Assembly (NCBI GenBank): GCA_030704615.1
Contig: CM060731.1
Coordinates: 46,190,001 to 46,254,000 of the forward strand
DNA length: 64,000 nt
From: Takakia lepidozioides
Taxonomy: Eukaryota > Plantae > Bryophyta
Reading direction: 5' to 3'
Shown: positions 1 to 11,489 of the stretch, in pieces
Layout of the letters: every line of letters starts with the position of its first letter
Position numbering within the stretch: the first letter of the stretch is position 1
The notes under the pieces: generated by a model
Seen by the model: only the letters and a program-made list of their open reading frames with translations
Database searches by the model: none
What the model was told of the DNA's origin: nothing
Position numbers and translations under genes: made by a program

Positions 1-1110
1 ACTTGTACAAACAGAGAGGCAAACAACATGCAGTGAGTGACGATTAGGTTTGAGGAGGGTGTGTCATTAGGCGGGAGATGTCCGCCGTCATTCGTGGGCA
101 GCCATTACGTCCTGGTAAGGTGCGGCTGTGGTTCAGCGTAGGCTTAAGAGTATTAGGGTATGTATGCTTGCATTTGTTTGTGATTGTTTGAGAGGGAGGT
201 CATGGAGGTGTTTGTGCAGGCTTGCGGGAGCGAATCGCCCTCGCAAGCCACGCGCTCCGAAGGAAAAAGCTAGGGATCAAGGTCCTGCAAGGCAAAGTGC
301 CAGACTGAAGACGATGAAGACTACGATTCTGCATGAGGGCTCTTCTGAGGACGATGAGGACGATCCACTCCTCCCACGCCAGTGCGAGGCGAGTGCGTTG
401 TTGGCGGATGCCACGGCAAGCCGAGGAGAACATGCCCATGCTCATGTCGCAGGACAAAAACGCCCATCATCTACACTACAAACACCTTCTCCGTCTGTGA
501 GTTATAGTTCTTCACAATGACCATGATTCAAATTATGTATGTTTTTGGTAAAATCACGAAGAGATAGGGTATGGTAAGATCATGAAGAGATAGGGTATGT
601 CTGTCAAGACAGGGAAGTTGGACAATGCAGGGGTCAGCCAAGGCACAATCACAAATGATTTCCACTAGACAAATTGAAGTGCCAAAGGCATGATGTCAGG
701 CCAATGTAGACTTCAGGTGTGTTCAAATTCTTTGCCCCATGAAACCAACGTCCTGGTACTAAGCTACAATGGCTACTTATAGAGATACTTGGGTTACTTA
801 TGCACCCAGAATATCAGTAAAACTTGGAGGGATACTTCTCATGGACCCATCAGGTTTGTCCATTTGAATTCTTGTTATGGATTTCAGGAACACCCCAAAC
901 CTAAGAGGGTTCAAAAATGTACTGGGAGGACATCATTGGGGCCAATCAAATTTGGGAGATTTACTGCCCAAGATCATACTGAGTTTTGGGTAATCTTGTC
1001 TTTACAAATGATATGTGCTTCCAGTTTGTTATATTGAATTCAAGGATTTGCTGCTTGCTGCCTATATGTATGTGTAATCACCCACATTGTACTGGGGAAA
1101 TTTCTTTTCA

Positions 1111-4100
1111 GGGCAAGCACAAGCGCACTGGATCCACGATCCCTGCTGCTAGCAATGGAGATGGCGCCCACAAGAACGCAGGAGGTGGCCCTAACTCTCC
1201 CATCGTTGTGGGTTCTGTGCCACCAGTACCCCCACCTTATTATGGTATGCCTCAATACCCACAGTCTGGCACTCAATATGGTCAGGGTCAATATGGTGCT
1301 CCTCCATATGGGCAGTATGGCCAGTATCCTCCTCCACCATATTTGCCACCCCCTAATAGCTATGGGGGTGGCATGCCACTGAAATATTCTCCTGCTTATG
1401 GACAATATGGCCAGTATGGTCCTCGGCCTTCTGGCCAACAACCATGGCCACCAGTCCCTACTTGGCAGGATCCTGCTTTGAATTCTCCTGAGCGCACGGA
1501 AGGTCTCTGAAGGAGGGGAGGGTGCCGTTTCAAAGAATGATAGAACCAATGCTTTAAGGAGGGCTAATAGCTCAGCCAAAATTGAAGCTGCCAAGGTGAA
1601 GGAAGAGATAATAGTTGCAGGTCTTCCTCCCACGGTGATTTTGACGAACCTCAAAGGAGCCCCGTATGGTCAGACCTGGAATGTATGGCACGCTGCCCTT
1701 AAAGGACAGGCTTATCGCAAGCTAGATTGTTCCCTTGCCATCAACAACCAACCTGATGAAGTTGTATACGAAATCAGAGATCACCTAGCTAAGCTATTTT
1801 CATATACGCCACACAAGTTAAAAGACTTCCACCTAAAACAAACAATTGGCAGAATAATGAAGAGCCAGCGTTATGAAGCACACACTGCGTGGTTGGGTGG
1901 TAAGGGGAAACCCATTACTGTGTCTGACGAGGTATGGAACAAGCTTGTAAGTTACTGGCAGACAGAGGTGTTCCACAAAGTGTCGGGCAACATGAAGAAG
2001 GCAAATGGTGCTATTCAGAATCCTACCAAGACTGGCCGTGGTGGGAAGGCAATGGTGGAAGCACGCTTGGTAAGTGGCATCATCACGACTCTGTATTTTG
2101 TTCCTCGTTGAAATTGCTATGTGTATATAGTCAGCCCTCACATTGCTTACTGACTTGTGGCATGGGTTTGTTTGTGGCATGGATTAATTTGTAGGAAACA
2201 CTATCAGGGTGCCCTCCTACATTATATGAAATTCAAGAGGGTTCAGTGTCACGGTTGTCAGCTGGGAGTGACATGCGGGTAAGTGTGTTTTCCACGTTTG
2301 CTAGAGTGGTTGCTGCATCATAGGTTGCTAGGGTTTTTTTCAAGGCTTTTGGCCTAGGTTTTCTTTCCAATGGTTGTTCATGCTAGGTTTTTTTGGTTTG
2401 ATTCATACTTGGGCAACTTTTCATGGATTGGCAGGAGGGAAGTCTCACATATTCTACAGTAGTTGGCAGGATGGATGGCTTGGACAAACTGGTGGAATCA
2501 CAAGGACGTGACATGGCAGAATTAAAATTACAGATGTAGAGCATGATTGAGTACCAGAAAGCCATTGTGACCAGATTGGGGATTAATCTACCAGGCGCAG
2601 GACCAGTGACATCTACGATGGATGCGTCTGTTGTGACAATATCAAAATGTTTGGAATCCCAATTTCAGACGGTAACTGGTCCTCACTCTAAGCCCTTATG
2701 TGTTCCTGTCACTGATGATATTTTGAATTTGACCGAGCAGCAGCAGGATACAGGGAAGGCCAGCTGTGAGGTACACGTGGAAATTCAGCCCTTGCCACGT
2801 ACAAAGGCAATAGCAGTCCAGGGGGCAATGGTGACAGAGCCGCCGGGCACACCGGATTCTGGTATGCAGGTATGTGGGAGTTTAAATGGGGAGGAAGATG
2901 CAGACGGGGACAAAACAAACAAGCAGGTTGCTTTAATTTCTCCTGCTCACATGTTGAAGCCAAATGACAGTTTACTTCCTGGACCAACGAGGAAGCATTT
3001 ACTAATTCTGGACTTAAATGGTATGTTATGTGAATCTTTTCATTCTGCTAATGGGCCTGCATCCCTTCCCAAAGGTTTTTGTGGGGAAGATGTGTGGCAA
3101 GAAGATGGTAGTTTTGAGACCACGCTGTTATGACTTTTTGCAAAAGTGTTTTGAACACTTTGAGGTGGCGATGTGGTCTTGTTGCCAAGCTCGCAACTTC
3201 TTCCCAATGGTGGACTATATTTTTGCAGCCCACACTAAGCTGGTTTTCCAGTGGGATGCCCTTCACTGTGATGAGGATCCAGTCCTCCCATGCCGTAAGG
3301 GGTCTGATTCAAAGCCATTATATTTCAAGAACTTGTCTAGAGTGTGGGCAGACTGGCCAGAATGGACTTATGAGGACACTGTTCTTGTTGACGACACACC
3401 AAGAAAGGCGGCAAACAATCCTCCCTTCAGTGGGATTTTTCCAGAGCCATGGAAAGTGCAACCAGATTCACCAACTGATGAGTATCTAACAGAGGTGTTG
3501 TGGCCTTTCTTGTGGAAGGCATCGAAAGCTGCCAGTATTCCCAAGTTTTTGGAGTCTCAGCCTGTTTTCGGACAACAACCATACAACACTGCTACTGTGA
3601 AGGTACAAACATTCTGACAGTGCTCCAGAGGCTACAATTTTGTGGGTTCATTCATTGCATTGCTTTCCTAGATGCTTCTCCTCGGTTGCTTGATTAATGC
3701 TAGGTTTTCTTTGCAGCTTTTCATGTTGGCTTTTTTGTTTGATTCATACTTGGATTTTGTTTCTATTCACTATTCCTCTTTGCTCATTGCTTTCCTGGTT
3801 GTTCTCTGGTCTGTGACACAAGAACTTGTGACAAACAAAGGTGATATTGTCGACAAGCCGGTACAGACGAGGGGCAAGAGTGTCGATCCGACGAGTACCC
3901 CCCCAAAAGAGGTCTCACAACCACTGGAGACTGCAAATGGAGTAAGTCCAAGCCCTTGTCTTGTTTGTTTTATTTTTCCAACCTTGGGGCTCTCTTTAAT
4001 TCGCAAATGTTGAGTGTCCTAGTCGTGTGTATGTCATGGGTTTTCACATCGTGTTCTTTTTTGTGTGGAGTTGGGATCACAGTTCAGGGTGGGTGACGAG

Positions 4101-4364
4101 GTTCGGCTGTTGGATGTGAACTCCAAACGCAAGAAATGTGGAGTAGGGCTGATTGTTGCTCTTCAAGGTGCTGTGGTGGGTTGCGGGTACCCTGCTGTGC
4201 CCCTTGATTATGCCTGTGTGTACATCAAAGAGGCATGTGTCAGTAACACCCCTCTACCATATGTGAATGGTGTTAGGAAACAGACCGAGTTGGGGCAGGT
4301 GGTTGGCCAGACAACACTTTGGAGTCTAAAGTTATTGAAACTTATGGAGCTGCGGAAGGGATAG
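1111..4364 (+). pseudogene. CACTA TnpA-like multi-exon gene (Ptta/En/Spm-type domain, NIF-like domain, C-terminal Tnp1/En/Spm-like domain), frameshifted
   Basis: VWNKLVSYWQTEVFHKVSGNMKKANGAIQNPTKTGRGG (ORF 1596-2111) resembles the plant Ptta/En/Spm domain. ORF 4065-4364 (VGDEVRLLD...VPLDYACVYI...LPY...LGQVVGQTTLW) resembles the Tnp1/En/Spm C-terminal domain. Plausible GT-AG junctions at 1110/1111, 2069/2070, 2194/2195, 2278/2279 and 3602/3603. Frame breaks near 1500 and 3080. Confidence 0.65.
2983..3602 (+). pseudogene. NIF/FCP1-like HAD phosphatase domain inside the CACTA gene
   Basis: KHLLILDLNGML (ORF 2543-3133) continues in ORF 3018-3617 as VVLRP...FEHFEVAMWS...KLVFQWD...KPLYFKNLSRVW...TVLVDDTPRKAANNP, the NIF-family motif order. 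One extra T in the T-run at ~3076-3080 explains the frameshift. Confidence 0.75.
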
Positions 4365-5528
4365 TCAGTATTGCACTGTTTAACAGAGTTCTTGATTCTA
4401 ATAGCACTAGAACATACTAGCTACAACAATTCAGCCCATGTGTGGGCTTGCTTGTTTTTTGCTGGGCCTTTTGAGGCATGGATTTTTTGACCTTGTGGCT
4501 TTTGAGGTGTCCATTGGGACATTGGTCTCATTTGGATTTTTGTAATGTGATTTATAGGGCTTGTATTGCCCTGTAGTTGACTATTTTCATTCTCCTTGTG
4601 GTTGATAGTATGCAGGAGGGATCCATTCTGTTTTCATGTTGGAATTTCACCATGTAATGAAGATTTTAAATCATTTAATTCACTTTCATTTTAAATAATA
4701 ATATTAAAAATAATACCATTTAAAAAAAATTCCAAGGCTGCAATCTCCCTGTTCTTATAAATATTAAATGAAAACTAAAAAATAAAATATAAACATTAAA
4801 AAAATAAACTATTTCGGAAAACAATCTTGATGACACGTGACATCACTCTTGCTCAAACCAGAACACGTGGCAGTATGTGACACGACATTCTTTATCCATA
4901 TTTTCACCACGTGTAAAGATCCGTAGTCATATATTTTGTCTGTGTGCCACATGTCTCATCTCAAGTGCAACAGGTGTCCCGCTAACAACTCTCCATGTAG
5001 ACATCCATGTAGTCATATGAGCGAGTCATGTAGTCACCACGTGTGAAATCTGCCATAGCACACGTGTCCCGCTAGCGCCTCTCCATGTAGGCATCACTGT
5101 GCAGACATGTAGTCATACGATCATGGCAAGAAGTCGTGACATGTCAAATTCGCAGTGGCGCACGTATCCATCCGTCGCCTCTCCATGTAGGCATCACTTT
5201 GCAGACATATAGTCATATGATCCCCTGACGAATGCATGATGTATCGCTTGCGCAATGGCGCATGTGTCCCGCTGAAGCCTCTCCATGTAGGCAGGGCTCA
5301 ACAGACAATGTAGTCATATATTAGTCATATAGTTGTGACTGCAACCTTCTCTGTAGCAGGACTCCAGGTGCCACGCAAGCAGTCACGGATATGACTTGCA
5401 AAACGCAGTCCTAAAGACTAGTCGCTATGACAGGGCTTTTTCACTACAGAGTGATGTAGTCATGAACGCATATAAGACTGAAAAAATAGTCATATGTGAA
5501 GTCATAAAAACGCTCATCTGTTGTAGTG

Positions 5529-7267
5529 TTATTTCCGCATTCGTGCTCTTGACATGAAGCGCAAAACAACGTTTGATTCTGGCTTGTGTGCCACATATTG
5601 GCAAGACTCCGTGTGGGGCAAGGGAGATACACGACCTGCTATGAGCAAACTTGAGTACATTGGAGAACTTGAGAGCATACTACAACTTCAGTATACAACG
5701 TACCGACCTCTTCTCTTCAAAGGAAGGTGGTTCCAGCCACATCTTGTGGGGCCCTCAACAACACTAGTGCGAGATGATTGTGGTTTTATGTGCGTCAATG
5801 CAAATAGGCTCAACCCTACTCATCGTCCATCCGATGAGCCTTTTGCATGGCCTTCAGACATGAAGCAAGTTTTTTTCTCCGATGATAAAACAAGAGGGGG
5901 AAATTGGAAGGTGGTTGTGCATGCTCAGCCAAGAGGAAGACGTATCTATCATGGTCTTGGATCTTCATGGGGTGAGACAATTGCGGTGGAGGGAGAGACT
6001 GATCATAATGATGCTGATGTTGGAGATTGAGTAGAGGGGATAGAAGAGGATGATGACGCCCCGGAGAATGCATCCCGGACCATACATAATGAAGCTCCAA
6101 AAAATACGGATGTTGGAGAAGGAGATGAAGACACGGCCATTGAAAACGAGGTGGAGGATGATTCGGAGGTGCCTTTTGAGGGCCGACCCATTTATGACGA
6201 TGACTCCGATGACCAAGAAGACTTGCAGCTTGATGAACTACGTAATAATTCTTGCACAGAACTGTACCCATCCATTCGATTGATTGTACACGTACATGCA
6301 TGTAGCTTATTTCTATTATTTATCAATGAAAAATCCATGAAAAATATCATTTGGAGGTGTCAATTCCTCCCATATAAGTTTTGTGTCTATTCCTCCCATA
6401 TAATAATGTCTAGGTATCATAGTCGATGTTTAACTCTCTGTCGCACCCAATGACCTGTAGTTTGTAGCCATGATAGCCAATGCGGGCTTCCAAGATGTGG
6501 AGTATGAGAACTCCATCGATGGTGTGGTTGCCATCCACTGGCAAAGTGTGGAATCCTCAATGCGCAGGGGAGCACCCTTACAGTCGGGAGCTGGACTCTC
6601 AAAATTGGGCACAATTTGCACTCCACCAGTGCCTTGAGGAAGGAAATGTTTGTGTTTTTGAGCTGACCTTGAAAATTGACTTCACAATACTAGTCTGCAT
6701 TTTCCCATTAGTGGAAGTCTTTGAAAATGTTAGATGGGACAACCATCTTGCAAACAAATCTATTAACAACCAAGAGAGAGAGGGAGAGAGAGAGGGGGGG
6801 CAAAGAAAGAAAAACAGAGAAGTTCCCCCTCCCTCCCCCCCTAGAGTCCATCCCCCGTCCCCACCCCCTCTCCCTGCCCCTTTAGTACTCAAAGAAACCC
6901 CCCCTCTGGCGACCCCCCACCATCGCAAGCCAAAAACCCCGTCGCAACACCCCCCATTGCGACGCCCGACCGTCACAGAGGCCTTTTCGCCCTTCAAGCC
7001 ATCATGCGACGGCCGGGTGTCGCAAAGAAGGGTTGCCTCTTGCCCTTCATGCCACCTTGCGACATCCCGGCGTCGCTGGCTGGCCCCAGCGCAGTGGGGC
7101 GACGCCTGGGCGTTGTGGTGCGACGCTACGGCGTCGCAAGGGTTGCCCTGACGCTGTTATGCGACGCGGCATCCCAAAATGCGCCGTGGGGCGGGCGCCG
7201 CATGCTTAGCGCCGCGCGGGCGTGGAATCGCGACTGGCGTCGCTAAACCCCCCTATTTGCAGCAGTG
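5529..7267 (+). mobile_element. 3' remnant of a second (CACTG-ended) En/Spm element, interrupted by the CACTA above
   Basis: Ends TTTGCAGCAGTG (7256-7267; reverse complement CACTGCTGCAAA), with GCGAC/GTCGC subterminal repeats at 6900-7245. Carries a transposase C-terminus. Confidence 0.65.
5554..6030 (+). pseudogene. CACTA Tnp2/TnpD transposase C-terminal (DUF4216-like) fragment
   Basis: RKTTFDSG...YIGELESILQLQY...LFKGRWF...DDCGFMCVN...DEPFAWPSDMKQVFFSDD...WKVV, the typical motif series of this domain. Truncated at the 5' end by the CACTA end at 5528. Confidence 0.8.
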
Positions 7268-8462
7268 AGGATGGGACGATGGTCGCAGAGAAATCATGAA
7301 GCGATCGCTGGTGCAACCAACACCCAACTACCGAGGACGGCTGACGGGGCTGTAGTGACGGTCACACAAAGACCCATACCATCGGAAGAGATGGGTAGGG
7401 TGGCTTGCTATTGTGAGAAAAAATTCCAGAGCACCCTCTAGAGCTCCTAATCCTAGCAATCTCCCAAAAATAGTCATCATGGTAGAGTCAAACCCAGATA
7501 AGAGGTGTAGGAAATCTGGGCTTGGTGGAATAGTGCACAAAAGATGGTTTTCAATGTTCTTACCAGCAGCACTGTCTAAGTAGGCAAGTCTGGAGGGAGC
7601 CCATGTCTAGCCCTGAGTCTTGCTATAAGGCCATGGTAATTAAACCCGGCCGCCTCGTTCAGAAAGGTTTTGTATTGACCGCCCACTCTCTCGATTTTCG
7701 CTTCATGGAAGCCTCTTTTCCTTCCAACCAAATTTGCCGAGGCAGCCCCCAATTTGCGAAGACGATCACTAAATTCCTCAATGAACTTGTAATGAAGCCG
7801 CCATAGCTGTTGTTGAGTAACATACTGTCACAAGGCCCTCAAAGATGATGGCCTCATATTTTTTCCATGAATGTTAGAAGTGAGACTTGTTCTTACCGCA
7901 CAATTAAAAAGGCCCTTGGTCTGCCACAACTCACCCAGTTTTCTTTCCAAGTCATGAATCTGAAATAAATAAAGACAAATGCTCAAGACAAAACTCCAAA
8001 TAGACTCGATTGAGGCTCTGATCAGTGTACAAAAATTTCCATGGACCCATGGCTAGCTCAAGAGCTGTGAGCAAATGTCTCTCTCTCACACGCAAACACG
8101 TTCATCGATCGTCAGGAAACACGTGATTGGACTGAAAGCTTTCAGATTGCTGCGTTCCTAGCTAATCGAATTCTTATTCTATGGCTACGGATATCAATCC
8201 ACAAAATTGCGCTGCGAGGGTGATGTCAGAGAGACGTTGTAAAGCACGGGAAAAGCCATGTGCATGCGAAAGAAGGAGAGGGTGGTTCTTGAGAAAGAGA
8301 ACCTCGTCAAAGCACGGTTTAGAACGAGAGCGCTCCAAAAGCTCTAGTCAAGCTACCTCCAAGCTACATCTTTCACCACCTTCCACTCCTCCTCAATGCC
8401 TCAAACTCGAAGCTCACAACACTCATAAGCAAAGAAAAACACAAACAGGCTAGAATGAAATG

Positions 8463-9616
8463 CCCAGGGAAGTCACTTCCAAAAATTTCCAACAAAAATA
8501 TAGGGTGCAATTTATTTGGAAAAGATAAAAGTTAGAAAATATTTAAAAGTAATAAAGGGTACATTATATTGTGATCAGGGAATTTAAATTAATATAGGAT
8601 CTAAAATAATGATTCATTAAAAAAAATTACTATAGGGTTGAGATAATACCAGTGTTGGGCGGTTATTTGAATTTCTCTCTAATACCCGGCGGTTACCTAT
8701 CCGGTTATATATATATATATATATGACTGGCGGAGGTGAAAAAATGAAGTAACCGGTCCAGTTAGGAACAGGCGGAGGTCATGCATTCAAATAACTGAGC
8801 AAAAAACCTCTTAAAGAACCGCCCAATACCCGCGGTTATTTGATGAAAATCGCCGGTTATTTGAGGTTTTTGCAAGTAATCGTAACCGCTGAGGTTATAT
8901 TTAGCCATAAAAAAATTAATAACCGCAACCACGGTTAATAGTTTCCTAAAATTCGAAACAACCGGAACCGCCGGTTATGAAAAAAATCAAATAACCGCCC
9001 AACACTGGACAATACCTATGAAAAATACCAAAAATATATTCATGTTCTTAGGGGAATGATATAGATATTTGTATGTAGCTTACTGGTAAAATGGTGGCTA
9101 GGTAGGATTCAAAAAATGAGAAGGAAGGCAGGGAGCAGGTGGGGGATATTGCGACAGCCTATTGATCTCCTAAATAGACCAACCACACCCGTTATGGTGT
9201 TATTAAACTACTTCTCAAAATCTAGAGGACAATTTAAATTCAAATATGATTATACCGACAACAAGTGAGTAGATGTAGACTCAATTATTAGTTCAGTCAC
9301 TATGACTTTCGATAGAGCGCAAAACGTTTATACTTTGAATGCTGATGATGCGAATGCTTTAAATAAATTTATTTCAACCAAATAATAAATTTATTTGTTG
9401 TAAAAAAAATCTTTTATTGTATTACTAATATAGGGTGTCTAATATTTGTTTGAAACAAAAAATTATTATTAAAATAGCATGCCAAAAATTCACCATATTA
9501 CAAAATTATGTAATTATAGGGTACTAAAAAATACCCAAATTAAAGTAATACCCCTCTACAAAATACCCATTTATCTCACATGCCCTATACAAGTTATAGG
9601 GAGTGACTTCCCCGGG
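8463..9616. mobile_element. Non-autonomous TIR element with 8-bp TSD
   Basis: Left TIR CCCAGGGAAGTCACTTCC; right TIR read on the minus strand CCCGGGGAAGTCACTCCC. Perfect TSD ATGAAATG at 8455-8462 and 9617-9624. Confidence 0.75.
8650..9007. mobile_element. hAT-type MITE nested in the element above
   Basis: 21-bp perfect TIR CAGTGTTGGGCGGTTATTTGA. 8-bp TSD GATAATAC/GACAATAC (1 mismatch). Internal CGGTTA/TAACCG repeats. Confidence 0.85.
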
Positions 9617-10507
9617 ATGAAATGCAATGAGAAAGCAAGAAGTAGAGATGGTCGCGCAACGGCTTGATGTACATACGAGCGAGAGCTGATAGGAGAGACT
9701 GGCTTCTGGTCGACTATGTAATTAAGTAGCTGGGTAGTAACAAATAGGTTGTAGGAGTTGGCGAGTTTGGAGTGAGGGTGGTCGGCCAGAACCCAAGGCC
9801 CCATCGGAGAAGACCAAAAGAACAAGAGAAAGGCTTATCCGAGCACGCAGGCGATGATGAACAAGCTTGCGAGTAGAACAGTAAGGAGGAAATGGAACAA
9901 TATACACTTTCGGGCAATGCGATTTCATAACAGGCCAAAGACATAGAAAAGCACCTTATAAATCATAGAGATTTTAAAAAGTATAAGAAGTGGGGAAAAT
10001 TGTGAAGGGAAGACGAGAAAGAAGCAGCCACAAGTGGTGCAGAAGAACGAGAGCCAGTGGCAGCAGAGAAGTGGCAGCCACAGCTGTTGCGCCGATAGCG
10101 AACACTACTTTAGGGGAACATCTAGTGGGGATGAGCAGGATGCATGTAAAAAGGGGAGTCTGAAGTAGGAGCGCTAAAAGTAGTAGATAGCTACAAACCG
10201 ATATGGCGCATAAAATCCTACATTTACTTAATTATAGAGTGCCTCTTGCCCAACGATATGTTTTTGAAATTTGGAAAATAGCCAGAGTGGCTACTGAGTT
10301 TTTGTAGGAAATTGCCATATTCTCTGTTCATCAACTGAAATATGGATAGAATCATCCTTCATCCATTTATATCATCCATACTTGGCAAATTCATCTATTA
10401 TTTTCATCGTATTTGGAGAAGTTTGGCAAATATATCATCCATGGAAAAATATGGAATTTACGACAAAATATTCTGTTTTATTTTTTGAGATCGAAAAAAT
10501 GACCAAC

Positions 10508-10580
10508 AGTCGGTAGCTCAGTTAGTTAAGTGCACTTAGTGCTACCCAGATGATTCTGGGGTCAATTCTTGCTACTTGAC
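10508..10580 (+). mobile_element. Degenerate tRNA-derived SINE head
   Basis: A-box-like TAGCTCAGTTAG and B-box-like GGGTCAATTC at tRNA-like spacing. Does not fold into a credible cloverleaf. Confidence 0.45.
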
Positions 10581-10614
10581 GGGTGTGGTATTCTCTTCTT
10601 CCCCTTCCCTAGGT

Positions 10615-11489
10615 GGGGGGTTGGCAGAACGTGAGCACACCGGTGAGCACAAACGGCATGAGCACAAGAACACGGTAATAGGGTACATATGTTTTCACGG
10701 AAATAGAATTCATGCGAATAGGATTCCAAAAAAGCGAAAATGTTAGTTGTGTGCAGCCTATTTGTGTGCCTATCTTGTCCCTATTCTGTCCCTAATTATG
10801 TCTCTAAACCCTAAACCCTAATGAAAATAGGCACCCCGAATGTATATCTTCAAGCTCCAAGTTCCACATATCTACAGCTTTGGTATCCTCCAAAGAATAA
10901 CACATTAGGGAAAAACAAAGTCACAATAACCAACACCATCCAAAATACAAACAATAATTGAGCAATTTAATATAATGAGGCAAACAACGGGTTTCGGTAG
11001 CAAAATAAATCAAGGTATCAGCAAAATAATGGGTTTCGCCAGCAAAATTTCTAGGTATCGTTGTGTAGGTCATTATCCCATGGTTTCGTGGGCGAAACAA
11101 AATGTGTTGTGTTTGGTTTTGCATATAAGAGACGACGTGAGATTGTTTTATTTCGCTAAGAATTGTTATGTGCTTATTGCGGTATGTCGGTACCCATGCT
11201 TTCGTGGGCAAAACATAATGAAATAATTCTAGTTTCGCGTCTTACTGATTGCATCGAGCGTCACCTGCACTTGATTAAATATGCAACTATTAAGCAACGA
11301 AAATCCTTGATGGAGACGACACCTACCGGATATTCCTTATGCCCCAACTTCGCGTGGCTTGTGCTCACACCTAACGTTTTCCTGTGCTCAAGCCATGTTT
11401 TTGTGCACGGAATTTTCGATACATCCTCTTTTGCTCATGTGAGTACGCGCACAAAGGCGTGAGCTTGCTCACGTGCTACCCAACCTCCC
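10615..11489. mobile_element. Non-autonomous TIR element
   Basis: Left GGGGGGTTGGCAGAACGTGAGCA vs right (minus strand) GGGAGGTTGGGTAGCACGTGAGCA. TGAGCAC subterminal repeats in opposite orientation at the two ends. Flanks TAGGT/TAGGC. Confidence 0.6.

Larger units (their letters stand above)
1..5528 (+). mobile_element. CACTA (En/Spm) DNA transposon, right part (left end outside window)
   Basis: Ends in CATCTGTTGTAGTG (5515-5528), the reverse complement of CACTACAACAGATG. Many subterminal GTAGTCAT/ATGACT repeats at 4920-5505. Contains a TnpA-like gene. The same terminal inverted repeat (TIR) begins another copy at 62980. Confidence 0.85.

Noticed and set aside
10805-10821. Telomere or chromosome fusion site
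   Set aside because: Only 2-3 TAAACCC units, which are common interstitial motifs in plants.
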